From sequence record NC_031103.1: a stretch of DNA of 64,000 bases. One strand, 5' to 3'. Source of the stretch: Escherichia phage vB_EcoM-UFV13. Shown here one piece after another: positions 11,029 through 20,877 of this stretch. Within the stretch, counting starts at the first letter, position 1, and every line of letters begins with the position of its first letter. The translations under genes were made by a program, and so were the position numbers. A model generated the notes under the pieces. That model did not search any database and was not told the DNA's origin. It saw only the letters and a program-made list of their open reading frames with translations.

Positions 11029-12159
11029 TTATGGATAGGTATAGATGATACCAGTTTCTAAAGCAGTTTTATGAATGATGTATCCATTACGTGATTCTTG
11101 AACATCAACTTCTGGATAGTCTTTCATCATCTTCTGAAGAGTGTAACGATGCAGGTAATATTTACTATCTGGATCGTCAGTTTTCCAATCTTTACCTTCT
11201 TCAGTCATTTTTTGGATTTCATCCATAACCCACCAACCGCACCAGATGTAAGCTGAAGTACGATGTGGAAGAGGATGAACATAAGGTAATTCACCTTCTG
11301 GTTCTGGAGCAACTTTATCAGTTACCTGAACTTGACCTTCTGCTGTAATAGTTTTACTATCATAATCAGTAGCAGTAACAGTTGCAGTAACTTCAATAGT
11401 TTGACTTCCAATAGATGAGGTATCAACGGTATATACATTAGTTGACCCTTCTACAGGAGAAGAATCTTTCTTCCATGAATATTCAATTTGCGCTTCTTCT
11501 GGAGCATCCGTAACATTAGCCGTAAATGTAGCCGAAGCATCTTGCTGAACGTTAATAGAAGGAGGAGTCAATGTAACCTGTGGATTCATTGTCTTCTTAT
11601 TAACAGTCAGTGATACTTCATTAGAAGTAACTTCCTTTGCATCATAATCTGCCGCGGTTACTTGAGCTACACACTTGATTTTTTTAACTCCGCTTGTAGT
11701 AGGAGTGTAATTGAATGTAGCAGAAGTTGCTTCGCCCACAGGAGAACCGTCAACGTGCCATTGATACGTAGCAGATGCACCTGATGGCTGCGAAGCTAAA
11801 GCAGCAGTAAATTCAACTGGGGTTCCGATTACTCCAGCGGCGGGGCTATCAGGAGTTACAGCCAATGTAGTCGTCTGTGTCTTATTTTGAACTGTGATAG
11901 TTGTAGTAGCTTCTGCTGTTTCAGGTTCAGATTCTGCAACTTGATTGGTTGCAACTACTTTAATAGTCTTTTGACCGGCAGGTCCTTTTAGTACATAACT
12001 AAAAGTTGCTGACGTTTCTTCCTGTGGAGCATCGTCTACAGTCCAAGCATATGTAATAGGTCCATCTCCAGTTTGACCACTGGGTGTAGCAGTAAACTGC
12101 TTAGTTTCATCAATAACCCCTGTCGGTGTTTTAGGAGTTATATCAACTGTAAAAGCCAT
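11029..12159 (-). CDS. hoc: Head outer capsid protein Hoc (Ig-like domains)
   Basis: 376 aa as in T4 Hoc; T/S/V-rich repeated beta-strand (Ig-like) segments; position. Confidence 0.88.
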   Translation of the reverse strand: MAFTVDITPKTPTGVIDETKQFTATPSGQTGDGPITYAWTVDDAPQEETSATFSYVLKGPAGQKTIKVVATNQVAESEPETAEATTTITVQNKTQTTTLAVTPDSPAAGVIGTPVEFTAALASQPSGASATYQWHVDGSPVGEATSATFNYTPTTSGVKKIKCVAQVTAADYDAKEVTSNEVSLTVNKKTMNPQVTLTPPSINVQQDASATFTANVTDAPEEAQIEYSWKKDSSPVEGSTNVYTVDTSSIGSQTIEVTATVTATDYDSKTITAEGQVQVTDKVAPEPEGELPYVHPLPHRTSAYIWCGWWVMDEIQKMTEEGKDWKTDDPDSKYYLHRYTLQKMMKDYPEVDVQESRNGYIIHKTALETGIIYTYP

Positions 12160-12168
12160 AAGTTATCC

Positions 12169-12849
12169 TTATTTTAATGTTACGAAAGAAGAATTGCGTG
12201 TTTCACGAATTAAAACTGATCCGTCACGGTTAATGTAATAAATTAAGCTAAATAAAGTTTGGTGTGCTGACGCATGCTCAAAACTTGTTGGGTGAGATTT
12301 CCAATCAGGAGTTTCAGCTATCCATTGATAAATCCACCAAGGAACAGTGCAGAATCCTGGATTTTTTCCAATCAGCTGAAGATTCGGACTAAAGTTTTCC
12401 GGAAGAGTAAATACAGACGGCTTTTCAGATTCAATAATCTCAGCTACAGCCTGTTCGAATTTTTCTTCAACAAAAGGAGTATCTTCAATCAAAACATCGG
12501 TATTTTCAGGAATTTTATCCGTTTCTACTACTTCAATTTTAATGTCAGATTTAACTGGAGAATCAATCAAAAGTGCTGCTTCTGGATTGACTTCTTCATC
12601 GTCATATTTTAATCCCTCTGCAGCATCAGCAGCATCAATTAAGTCTTTAATAGATAACCCATCAGTCTCTGGCATAGGTTCACTAGCGAGCTTCTGGAGG
12701 GCTTCTTCAATATCAACAACGATATTATCAAAAGATTTATTCTTTTTGACCTTTATACCAAACTGTTCAGCATATTCAGCTAATTTAGCTTTAGCTTCTT
12801 TATTATCATCAAGAGCCTTCAGCTCTGCAATATAATCTTTATCTATCAT
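12169..12849 (-). CDS. inh: Inh-like protein (inhibitor of prohead protease), acidic
   Basis: 226 aa, position next to hoc as in T4; GAGGA SD; identity by synteny and recalled length. Confidence 0.65.
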   Translation of the reverse strand: MIDKDYIAELKALDDNKEAKAKLAEYAEQFGIKVKKNKSFDNIVVDIEEALQKLASEPMPETDGLSIKDLIDAADAAEGLKYDDEEVNPEAALLIDSPVKSDIKIEVVETDKIPENTDVLIEDTPFVEEKFEQAVAEIIESEKPSVFTLPENFSPNLQLIGKNPGFCTVPWWIYQWIAETPDWKSHPTSFEHASAHQTLFSLIYYINRDGSVLIRETRNSSFVTLK

Positions 12850-12862
12850 AATATTTCCTCAG

Positions 12863-12870
12863 TATAAATA
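12863..12870 (+). promoter_or_regulatory. T4-type late promoter TATAAATA for uvsW
   Basis: Exact TATAAATA about 30 nt upstream of the uvsW ATG. Confidence 0.65.
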
Positions 12871-12899
12871 TAGATATATTTATTACATGGTATTTAGAC

Positions 12900-14411
12900 A
12901 TGACTGACATTAAAGTACATTTTTATGATTTTAGTCACGTGAGAATTGATTGTGAAGAAAGTACATTTCATGAACTCCGTGATTTCTTTAGCTTTGAAGC
13001 TGATGGGTATCGTTTTAATCCGAAGTACAGATATGGCCACTGGGATGGACGAATCCGTCTTTTAGATTATAATCGTCTTCTTCCATTCGGCTTAGTCGGG
13101 CAAATTAAAAAGTTCTGTGATAACTTTGGCTATAAAGCCTGGATTGACCCACAAATTAACGAAAAAGAAGAATTATCAAGAAAAGATTTTGATGAATGGC
13201 TTTCTAAATTAGAAATCTATTCAGGAAATAAAAGAATTGAACCACACTGGTATCAAAAAGATGCAGTGTTCGAAGGATTAGTTAATCGTCGTAGAATTCT
13301 TAATCTTCCAACATCCGCTGGTAAATCTTTAATTCAAGCTTTGCTTGCGCGATATTATTTGGAAAATTATGAAGGTAAAATTCTTATCATTGTTCCAACA
13401 ACTGCTCTGACAACTCAGATGGCTGATGACTTCGTTGACTATCGTTTATTCAGTCATGCAATGATAAAGAAAATTGGCGGCGGAGCATCAAAAGATGATA
13501 AATATAAAAATGATGCACCAGTCGTTGTTGGTACATGGCAAACTGTAGTTAAACAACCAAAAGAATGGTTCTCACAGTTTGGAATGATGATGAATGATGA
13601 ATGCCATCTTGCTACAGGAAAAAGTATTTCATCTATCATATCAGGTTTAAATAACTGTATGTTTAAATTTGGTCTATCAGGTTCATTACGTGATGGCAAA
13701 GCCAATATCATGCAGTATGTTGGAATGTTTGGTGAAATATTTAAGCCAGTAACGACTTCTAAATTAATGGAAGATGGGCAAGTAACTGAGCTAAAAATTA
13801 ATAGTATTTTTCTTCGCTATCCCGATGAGTTCACTACTAAATTAAAGGGGAAAACTTATCAAGAAGAAATAAAAATTATTACTGGGCTCAGTAAAAGAAA
13901 TAAATGGATCGCTAAATTAGCTATTAAGCTTGCGCAAAAAGATGAAAACGCTTTTGTCATGTTTAAACATGTATCACATGGTAAAGCTATTTTTGATTTA
14001 ATTAAAAATGAATACGATAAAGTTTATTACGTATCAGGGGAAGTTGATACCGAAACCCGCAATATAATGAAAACCTTAGCTGAAAACGGTAAAGGAATAA
14101 TTATAGTAGCTAGTTATGGTGTATTTTCTACTGGTATTTCAGTTAAAAATCTACATCACGTTGTTTTAGCGCACGGTGTTAAATCAAAAATCATTGTATT
14201 ACAAACAATCGGTCGTGTATTACGTAAGCACGGTTCTAAGACAATAGCAACAGTCTGGGACCTCATAGATGATTGTGGTGTTAAGCCAAAATCTGCTAAT
14301 ACGAAAAAGAAATATGTTCATTTGAACTATCTTTTAAAACACGGCATTGATCGTATTCAGCGCTACGCAGATGAAAAATTTAATTACGTAATGAAAACAG
14401 TTAATTTATAA
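12900..14411 (+). CDS. uvsW: UvsW DNA helicase (SF2, recombination/repair)
   Basis: 503 aa; Walker A LPTSAGKS; DECH box (MNDECH); helicase motif VI-like QTIGRVLRK. Confidence 0.92.
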   Translation: MTDIKVHFYDFSHVRIDCEESTFHELRDFFSFEADGYRFNPKYRYGHWDGRIRLLDYNRLLPFGLVGQIKKFCDNFGYKAWIDPQINEKEELSRKDFDEWLSKLEIYSGNKRIEPHWYQKDAVFEGLVNRRRILNLPTSAGKSLIQALLARYYLENYEGKILIIVPTTALTTQMADDFVDYRLFSHAMIKKIGGGASKDDKYKNDAPVVVGTWQTVVKQPKEWFSQFGMMMNDECHLATGKSISSIISGLNNCMFKFGLSGSLRDGKANIMQYVGMFGEIFKPVTTSKLMEDGQVTELKINSIFLRYPDEFTTKLKGKTYQEEIKIITGLSKRNKWIAKLAIKLAQKDENAFVMFKHVSHGKAIFDLIKNEYDKVYYVSGEVDTETRNIMKTLAENGKGIIIVASYGVFSTGISVKNLHHVVLAHGVKSKIIVLQTIGRVLRKHGSKTIATVWDLIDDCGVKPKSANTKKKYVHLNYLLKHGIDRIQRYADEKFNYVMKTVNL

Positions 14412-14424
14412 GGGCTTCGGCCCT
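14411..14424 (+). other. Stem-loop at the uvsW stop (AGGGC-TTCG-GCCCT)
   Basis: Perfect 5-bp stem with UUCG loop overlapping the TAA; followed by the uvsW.1 SD rather than a U-tract. Confidence 0.5.
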
Positions 14425-14436
14425 TTGGAGAAAAAG

Positions 14437-14667
14437 ATGTTACTAGAATTTAAACAATTTCTTTATGAAGCTTCTATTGATGAATTTATGGGTAAAATTG
14501 CCTCTTGTCAAACATTAGAAGGTTTAGAAGAACTTGAAGCTTATTATAAGAAAAGAGTTAAAGAAACTGAATTAAAAGATACTGATGACATCTCTGTGAG
14601 AGATGCTTTGGCAGGAAAAAGAGCTGAATTAGAAGATTCAGACGATGAAGTAGAAGAAAGCTTTTAA
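14437..14667 (+). CDS. uvsW.1: UvsW.1-like small acidic protein
   Basis: 76 aa from the ATG at 14437 (GGAG SD 6 nt upstream), matching T4 UvsW.1 length; the track start at 14425 is TTG. Confidence 0.7.
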   Translation: MLLEFKQFLYEASIDEFMGKIASCQTLEGLEELEAYYKKRVKETELKDTDDISVRDALAGKRAELEDSDDEVEESF

Positions 14668-14676
14668 ATTAAAAAA

Positions 14677-14699
14677 GGCCCAACCGAAAAGGAAGGGCC
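14677..14699 (-). terminator. Stem-loop between uvsW.1 and the minus-strand uvsY operon
   Basis: GGCCC...GGGCC inverted repeat; U-rich 3' side when read on the minus strand. Confidence 0.45.
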
Positions 14700-14722
14700 A
14701 AAACTATAGACTAAAGGTCACA

Positions 14723-14890
14723 CTATAGCAAAAGTTGTGTTTCATTTAATTGTTCTTCCGAACTTTCTGAAACTGGTAGTTCTTTAATGTAATTATAGCA
14801 AGGCCCAGGATGTACAGGACCTTTGTCTGTTTCAACAACCAATGCAGAATCGATTGGAGTTTTACAGACAACACAAATCTTATCTGACAT
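14723..14890 (-). CDS. Small 55-aa protein with CxxC(20)C spacing, absent from the ORF track (possible uvsY.-1 equivalent)
   Basis: ATG at 14890 with GAGGAG SD 6 nt upstream and a late-promoter motif 26 nt upstream; translation MSDKICVVCKTPIDSALVVETDKGPVHPGPCYNYIKELPVSESSEEQLNETQLLL. Confidence 0.45.
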   Translation of the reverse strand: MSDKICVVCKTPIDSALVVETDKGPVHPGPCYNYIKELPVSESSEEQLNETQLLL

Positions 14891-14915
14891 GATTGTCTCC
14901 TCTGAATTATATATC

Positions 14916-14923
14916 TATTTATA
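14916..14923 (-). promoter_or_regulatory. T4-type late promoter (TATAAATA on the minus strand)
   Basis: TATTTATA on the + strand overlapping the stop of the 74-aa ORF, upstream of the 55-aa ORF. Confidence 0.55.
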
Positions 14924-15143
14924 CAACTCTCATATGCATATCAATGCCCATATCTTTAGAATAAAAATATTCATCAAGATATCCGGCAAATTTTCCTTTA
15001 ATATAAAGGACATCTTCACCACATGGATGATCAGCCAGGATACGAATATCCTGACGCTTAAGATTATGCTTTTTCATTAAGAATTGAATTTCCGTTTCAA
15101 ATTCTTCTTCATAATTAAAAGCATCATCAATGTTATATCTCAT
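14919..15143 (-). CDS. Hypothetical protein (positional equivalent of T4 uvsY.-2)
   Basis: 74 aa, immediately downstream of uvsY. Confidence 0.55.
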   Translation of the reverse strand: MRYNIDDAFNYEEEFETEIQFLMKKHNLKRQDIRILADHPCGEDVLYIKGKFAGYLDEYFYSKDMGIDMHMRVV

Positions 15144-15556
15144 TATTTTCCAGCCTCAAATGCTCGCATGTCTTGAATATGCTTAATAGCAAATCCACGT
15201 GATTTGATAGCATCAAGAGCTCCGCTACAGAAATCTAATAAAATTCCCCAATATTGTAATGAAGTATCAACCTTTAAAACATCCTTATCAGCTGATAGAA
15301 CTGTCTTCATTTCTGATTTCTCGTAACGATCCATACTAAATTCATCACCATCTCCTCGTCCCGAGTAGTAGTCTAATTTAGCTTTAAGAGCAACTTTTTT
15401 CTGTGCATCAATTCTAAGCATTTCCTTTTTAATACTTGAATGCTTATTAAGCCATTTACTATATAACATCACATTATTAGCTGCTTCATACTGCAATTTA
15501 GTCGAATCTATAAACACATCTTTCTTCAATTCTTCTTGAAGATCTTCTAATCTCAT
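15143..15556 (-). CDS. uvsY: UvsY recombination mediator
   Basis: 137 aa as in T4 UvsY; position. Confidence 0.9.
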   Translation of the reverse strand: MRLEDLQEELKKDVFIDSTKLQYEAANNVMLYSKWLNKHSSIKKEMLRIDAQKKVALKAKLDYYSGRGDGDEFSMDRYEKSEMKTVLSADKDVLKVDTSLQYWGILLDFCSGALDAIKSRGFAIKHIQDMRAFEAGK

Positions 15557-15596
15557 ATTGTTCTCTATTCAATTGTTATTGGATGGACTTAGATTC

Positions 15597-15622
15597 ATTA
15601 TACCACGTTTATACGTGAAGCA
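15597..15622 (-). promoter_or_regulatory. MotA-dependent middle promoter for uvsY
   Basis: Minus strand reads TGCTTCA (MotA box) - 13 nt - TATAAT, about 40 nt upstream of the uvsY ATG. Confidence 0.55.
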
Positions 15623-16021
15623 TTATACTCTATTACTGGAAGCCAGTTGCAGTTTTATCTGCTCAATATCATCAGGATTATCGATGACCGAAAAGCGTAT
15701 TTCTACTATCAGAGTATAATCATCATAAACCGGTATCACATTAACTGATAATTTATCAATACGTGGCTCATAGTTTCTTACCGCGCTTTCGATGTTACGC
15801 TCAACTGTGTCAGCAGTAAGAGGAGTCATATTTTCAAAAAGCTGGTCTGATAAATCACATCCAAATTCAGGGTCAAACGGTCTTGAACCTTTTCTTGTTG
15901 TAATAATTCCCAAAAGACTGTTTTTAATTGACCTTAATCCAAGAGATCTAGAAACGTCTTTGTCCCAGTCCATTTTCATTTCTGGGTCAATGTCAGAATA
16001 AAGCTTATTAATATTTGCCAT
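15623..16021 (-). CDS. 25: Baseplate wedge protein gp25
   Basis: 132 aa as in T4 gp25; position. Confidence 0.9.
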   Translation of the reverse strand: MANINKLYSDIDPEMKMDWDKDVSRSLGLRSIKNSLLGIITTRKGSRPFDPEFGCDLSDQLFENMTPLTADTVERNIESAVRNYEPRIDKLSVNVIPVYDDYTLIVEIRFSVIDNPDDIEQIKLQLASSNRV

Positions 16022-16647
16022 TACAATAGCTCAAAGAATTCTTTGAGTCCTCTTATTACATGAGCGTGAGTTTTTCCACACTCTGGACACTTAATTGGAA
16101 CAGCCAAATAAACAGTAGGCTTTAAAAGCATATCTTTTATAGCTACAATATCTGACTCTGTGATGATAGAATATAAATCTTCCAGTTCTTTTTCATTTAA
16201 GTCTTCAACTGGAATGCTTTCCCCGTTAGCATGAATCGTTTCTATACATGATACTATCATGTGGGCTATATTTTTATCATCAAAAATTTTAGGGTAATGG
16301 AACTTAATTTTAATGTCACCCAGTGTATACCAGAGGTCTTCTGGTGCATCTATTTGTGTATGTAATAGATTTATATGGGTTGGTATTTCAGTTCCACAGG
16401 TGCACTTCCAGGAGTTTTCGTGATTAACTTCACCAAGAGAATGTGCCCATAAATGAATCAACAATAGTTCTGATTCTTGGCGGTTTAAATCTTTTGCATT
16501 TGTGCAGTCTTTGATTAGCTTTTTAACAATTACTTCTACGGAACCATTATTTTTGGCAGTAATAAGTTCTAGATATTCTTTAAGCGTGAATGCGCGACAA
16601 TTGATTATTTTAGAACCAACTCTCACGTCAAATTTGTATTCATACAT
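16021..16647 (-). CDS. 26: Baseplate hub protein gp26
   Basis: 208 aa as in T4 gp26; position. Confidence 0.85.
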   Translation of the reverse strand: MYEYKFDVRVGSKIINCRAFTLKEYLELITAKNNGSVEVIVKKLIKDCTNAKDLNRQESELLLIHLWAHSLGEVNHENSWKCTCGTEIPTHINLLHTQIDAPEDLWYTLGDIKIKFHYPKIFDDKNIAHMIVSCIETIHANGESIPVEDLNEKELEDLYSIITESDIVAIKDMLLKPTVYLAVPIKCPECGKTHAHVIRGLKEFFELL

Positions 16648-16668
16648 ATTTAGCTCCTTTATTTATCA

Positions 16669-16676
16669 TATTTATA
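16669..16676 (-). promoter_or_regulatory. T4-type late promoter for genes 26-25 (TATAAATA on the minus strand)
   Basis: TATTTATA on the + strand, 22 nt upstream of the gene 26 ATG. Confidence 0.65.
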
Positions 16677-16680
16677 AATA
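16673..16680 (+). promoter_or_regulatory. T4-type late promoter TATAAATA for gene 51
   Basis: Exact TATAAATA 18 nt upstream of the gene 51 ATG; overlaps the minus-strand motif in the palindrome TATTTATAAATA. Confidence 0.6.
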
Positions 16681-16697
16681 GAATAAAAGGAGCATCT

Positions 16698-17447
16698 ATG
16701 GCAAACATTATTCGTTGTAAATTACCAGATGGTGTTCATCGTTTTAAACCATTTACGGTAGAAGATTATCGAGATTTTTTGTTAGTTCGAAACGATATAG
16801 AACATCGGTCACCACAAGAACAAAAAGAAGTAATTGCTGATTTAATTGCTGATTATTTTGGAGACTATCCAAAGACTTGGCAACCATTTATATTTTTGCA
16901 GGTATTTGTAGGGTCAATAGGTAAAACTAAAGTACCAGTCACATTTGTGTGTCCAAAATGTAAAAAAGAAAAGACGGTTCCATTTGAAATATATCAAAAA
17001 GAATTAAAGGAACCTGTTTTTGATGTAGCTAATGTTAAAATTAAATTAAAGTTTCCTTCTGAGTTTTATGAAAATAAAGCAAAGATGATTACTGAAAATA
17101 TTCATTCTGTTCAAGTAGATGAAATATGGTATGATTGGAAGGAAATTAGCGAGTCCAGTCAAATAGAACTAGTTGACGCCATCGAGATAGAAACATTAGA
17201 AAAAATTCTCGATGCAATGAATCCTATTAATTTAACATTGCACATGTCGTGTTGTAATAAGTATGTAAAAAAATACACTGATATAGTAGATGTGTTTAAG
17301 CTATTAGTTAACCCAGATGAAATATTTACTTTTTATCAAATTAATCACACACTCGTAAAAAGTAATTATAGCTTAAATTCAATAATGAAAATGATTCCTG
17401 CCGAGCGCGGATTCGTATTAAAACTGATTGAGAAGGATAAACAATAA
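16698..17447 (+). CDS. 51: Baseplate hub assembly catalyst gp51
   Basis: 249 aa as in T4 gp51; position. Confidence 0.85.
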   Translation: MANIIRCKLPDGVHRFKPFTVEDYRDFLLVRNDIEHRSPQEQKEVIADLIADYFGDYPKTWQPFIFLQVFVGSIGKTKVPVTFVCPKCKKEKTVPFEIYQKELKEPVFDVANVKIKLKFPSEFYENKAKMITENIHSVQVDEIWYDWKEISESSQIELVDAIEIETLEKILDAMNPINLTLHMSCCNKYVKKYTDIVDVFKLLVNPDEIFTFYQINHTLVKSNYSLNSIMKMIPAERGFVLKLIEKDKQ

Positions 17448-18622
17448 TGAGTATGTTGCAACGCCCCGGATATCCAAATCTCAGCGTTAAATTATTTGAT
17501 AGCTACGACGCTTGGAGTAATAATAGATTTGTTGAATTAGCTGCTACTATTACCACATTAACTATGCGGGATTCTCTTTATGGCCGAAATGAAGGAATGC
17601 TGCAGTTTTATGATTCTAAAAATATCCACACAAAAATGGATGGGAATGAAATAATTCAGATTTCTGTAGCTAATGCAAATGATATTAATAATGTTAAAAC
17701 ACGAATTTATGGATGTAAGCATTTTTCCGTGTCAGTAGATTCAAAAGGTGATAACATCATTGCTATTGAATTGGGAACTATTCATTCTATAGAAAATCTT
17801 AAATTTGGTAGACCATTTTTCCCTGATGCAGGTGAATCTATAAAAGAAATGCTTGGCGTCATTTATCAGGATCGCACATTATTAACTCCAGCAATAAATG
17901 CCATAAATGCCTATGTTCCTGATATTCCATGGACTAGCACATTTGAAAACTATTTGTCATATGTAAGAGAAGTTGGTCTAGCTGTAGGAAGCGACAAATT
18001 TGTATTTGTGTGGCAAGACATCATGGGAGTTAACATGATGGACTATGATATGATGATAAATCAAGAACCATATCCAATGATTGTCGGTGAGCCATCTTTA
18101 ATAGGTCAATTCATCCAAGAATTAAAATACCCATTAGCATATGATTTCGTTTGGTTAACTAAATCGAATCCTCACAAACGTGACCCAATGAAAAATGCTA
18201 CTATCTATGCGCATTCATTTTTAGATTCTTCATTGCCAATGATTACTACGGGAAAGGGCGAAAACTCTATTGTAGTGTCAAGGTCAGGTGCTTATTCTGA
18301 AATGACTTATAGGAACGGATATGAAGAAGCTATTCGTCTTCAAACTATGGCACAATATGACGGATATGCTAAATGTTCTACTGTCGGCAATTTTAACTTG
18401 ACTCCTGGTGTTAAAATTATTTTTAATGATAGTAAAAACCAATTTAAAACAGAATTTTACGTTGATGAAGTTATCCATGAATTATCCAATAATAATTCAG
18501 TAACTCATCTATATATGTTCACTAATGCAACGAAACTGGAAACAATAGACCCAGTTAAGGTTAAAAATGAATTTAAATCTGATACTACCACTGAAGAAAG
18601 TAGTTCTTCCAATAAGCAATAA
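17447..18622 (+). CDS. 27: Baseplate hub protein gp27
   Basis: 391 aa as in T4 gp27; TAATG overlap with 51. Confidence 0.9.
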   Translation: MSMLQRPGYPNLSVKLFDSYDAWSNNRFVELAATITTLTMRDSLYGRNEGMLQFYDSKNIHTKMDGNEIIQISVANANDINNVKTRIYGCKHFSVSVDSKGDNIIAIELGTIHSIENLKFGRPFFPDAGESIKEMLGVIYQDRTLLTPAINAINAYVPDIPWTSTFENYLSYVREVGLAVGSDKFVFVWQDIMGVNMMDYDMMINQEPYPMIVGEPSLIGQFIQELKYPLAYDFVWLTKSNPHKRDPMKNATIYAHSFLDSSLPMITTGKGENSIVVSRSGAYSEMTYRNGYEEAIRLQTMAQYDGYAKCSTVGNFNLTPGVKIIFNDSKNQFKTEFYVDEVIHELSNNNSVTHLYMFTNATKLETIDPVKVKNEFKSDTTTEESSSSNKQ

Positions 18623-19100
18623 AGAAGTTTCTATTCCTAAAATGGGTCTTAAACATTATAACATTTTAAAAGATGTTAAAGGCCCCGATGAAAATTTAAA
18701 ACTTCTTATTGATTCTATTTGTCCGAATTTGTCACCGGCAGAAGTTGATTTCGTTTCTATTCATTTATTGGAATTTAATGGAAAGATTAAATCTCGTAAA
18801 GAAATAGATGGCTATACTTATGACATTAATGATGTTTATGTGTGCCAAAGATTAGAATTTCAATACCAAGGAAATACATTTTATTTTAGACCTCCTGGAA
18901 AATTTGAACAATTTTTAACGGTGAGCGATATGTTATCTAAATGCTTGCTTAAGGTCAACGATGAAGTTAAAGAAATTAATTTTCTTGAGATGCCAGCATT
19001 CGTTTTAAAATGGGCAAATGATATTTTTACAACTTTAGCAATTCCTGGCCCTAATGGTCCAATAACCGGAATTGGCAATATTATTGGATTATTTGAATGA
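18567..19100 (+). CDS. 28: Baseplate hub distal protein gp28
   Basis: 177 aa as in T4 gp28; overlaps the gene 27 3' end. Confidence 0.8.
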   Translation: MNLNLILPLKKVVLPISNKEVSIPKMGLKHYNILKDVKGPDENLKLLIDSICPNLSPAEVDFVSIHLLEFNGKIKSRKEIDGYTYDINDVYVCQRLEFQYQGNTFYFRPPGKFEQFLTVSDMLSKCLLKVNDEVKEINFLEMPAFVLKWANDIFTTLAIPGPNGPITGIGNIIGLFE

Positions 19101-20869
19101 AAAAGCCACAAGAAATGCAAACGATGCGTAGAAAAGTTATTTCAGATAATAAACCAACACAGGAAGCGGCTAAATCCGCTTCCAACACTTTATCTGGACT
19201 TAACGATATATCTACGAAATTGGATGATGCTCAAGCTGCCTCTGAATTAATAGCTCAAACTGTCGAAGAAAAATCGAATGAAATAGTTGGAGCAATTGAC
19301 AACGTTGAAAGCGCAGTGAGTGATACTACCGCAGGTTCTGAGTTAATTGCCGAGACTGTTGAAATTGGCAATAATATCAATAAAGAAATCGGTGAATCAC
19401 TCGGGAGCAAATTAGATAAATTAACGAGTTTATTAGAACAAAAAATTCAGACAGCTGGAATTCAACAGACGGGAACGAGTTTAGCCACGGTTGAAAGCGC
19501 TATTCCTGTTAAAGTCGTTGAGGATGATACTGCTGAATCTGTAGGTCCTTTATTACCGGCTCCTGAAGCAGTTAATAATGATCCTGACGCTGATTTTTTC
19601 CCTACCCCTCAGCCAGTTGAACCCAAACAAGAATCACCAGAAGAAAAACAGAAAAAAGAAGCATTTAACTTAAAATTATCTCAAGCTTTAGATAAATTAA
19701 CAAAGACAGTTGATTTTGGATTTAAGAAATCTATTTCAATTACTGATAAAATATCAAGCATGCTATTTAAGTACACCGTCAGTGCTGCTATTGAAGCTGC
19801 TAAAATGACTGCAATGATACTGGCTGTTGTTGTTGGAATAGACCTTTTGATGGTTCACTTTAAATACTGGTCAGGTAAATTTTCACAAGCCTGGGACTTG
19901 TTTAGTGCAAACTTTACTAAATTCTCTAGCGAAACCGGAACATGGGGTCCTTTATTACAGAGCATCTTTGGTTCTATTGATAAAATTCAACAATTTTGGG
20001 AAAATGGAGATTGGGGCGGATTGACGGCAGCTATCATAGAAGGACTCGGAAGTGTTCTTTTTAATTTAGGAGAGCTTATTCAATTAGGCATGGCTAAATT
20101 ATCTGCTGCAATTCTTCGAGTCATTCCTGGCATGAAGGATACTGCTGATGAAGTAGAAGGAAGAGCACTGGAAAATTTCCAAAATACTACTGGAGCATCT
20201 CTCAATAAAGAAGACCAGGAAAAAGTTGCAAATTATCAGTACAAAAGAATGAATGGAGACCTTGGTCCAATAGCAAAAGGATTAGACAAAATTGCGAACT
20301 GGAAAACTCGTGCATCTAACTGGATTCGTGGTGTAGATAATAAAGAAGCACTAACATCTGATGAAGAGAGAGCAGAGGAAGAAGAAAAATTAAAGCAGCT
20401 TTCTCCAGAGGAAGCTAAAATTGCTTTAATGAAAGCTAATGAAGCTCGTGCTGCTATGAATCGTTTTGAAAAATATGCTGATTCAGCTGATATGAGTAAA
20501 GACTCAACGGTTAAATCAGTTGAATCTGCCTATGAAGACCTTAAAAAACGGATGGATGACCCGGATTTAAATAATTCAACGGCAGTTAAAAAGGAACTTG
20601 CTGCTAGATTTTCTAAAATTGATGCTACTTATCAAGAGCTCAAGAAAAATCAGCCTAATGCCAAACCTGAAACTTCTGCTAAATCGCCAGAAGCGAAACA
20701 GGTCCAGGTTATTGAAAAGAACAAAGCACAGCAAGCTCCTGTTCAGCAAGCATCTCCTTCAATCAATAATACTAATAATGTTATTAAGAAAAATACTGTC
20801 GTTCATAATATGACACCTGTCACAAGCACAACTGCTCCTGGTGTATTTGATGCGACTGGAGTTAATTAA
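19097..20869 (+). CDS. 29: Tail tape-measure / baseplate hub protein gp29
   Basis: 590 aa as in T4 gp29; position. Confidence 0.9.
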   Translation: MKKPQEMQTMRRKVISDNKPTQEAAKSASNTLSGLNDISTKLDDAQAASELIAQTVEEKSNEIVGAIDNVESAVSDTTAGSELIAETVEIGNNINKEIGESLGSKLDKLTSLLEQKIQTAGIQQTGTSLATVESAIPVKVVEDDTAESVGPLLPAPEAVNNDPDADFFPTPQPVEPKQESPEEKQKKEAFNLKLSQALDKLTKTVDFGFKKSISITDKISSMLFKYTVSAAIEAAKMTAMILAVVVGIDLLMVHFKYWSGKFSQAWDLFSANFTKFSSETGTWGPLLQSIFGSIDKIQQFWENGDWGGLTAAIIEGLGSVLFNLGELIQLGMAKLSAAILRVIPGMKDTADEVEGRALENFQNTTGASLNKEDQEKVANYQYKRMNGDLGPIAKGLDKIANWKTRASNWIRGVDNKEALTSDEERAEEEEKLKQLSPEEAKIALMKANEARAAMNRFEKYADSADMSKDSTVKSVESAYEDLKKRMDDPDLNNSTAVKKELAARFSKIDATYQELKKNQPNAKPETSAKSPEAKQVQVIEKNKAQQAPVQQASPSINNTNNVIKKNTVVHNMTPVTSTTAPGVFDATGVN

Positions 20870-20877
20870 GGAATAAT

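Noticed and set aside
12274-12835. Plus-strand ORFs inside inh (12274-12612, 12542-12835)
   Set aside because: Antisense shadow ORFs of inh
14823-15080. 85-aa plus-strand ORF
   Set aside because: Overlaps the better-supported minus-strand 55-aa and 74-aa ORFs and the late promoter; no SD
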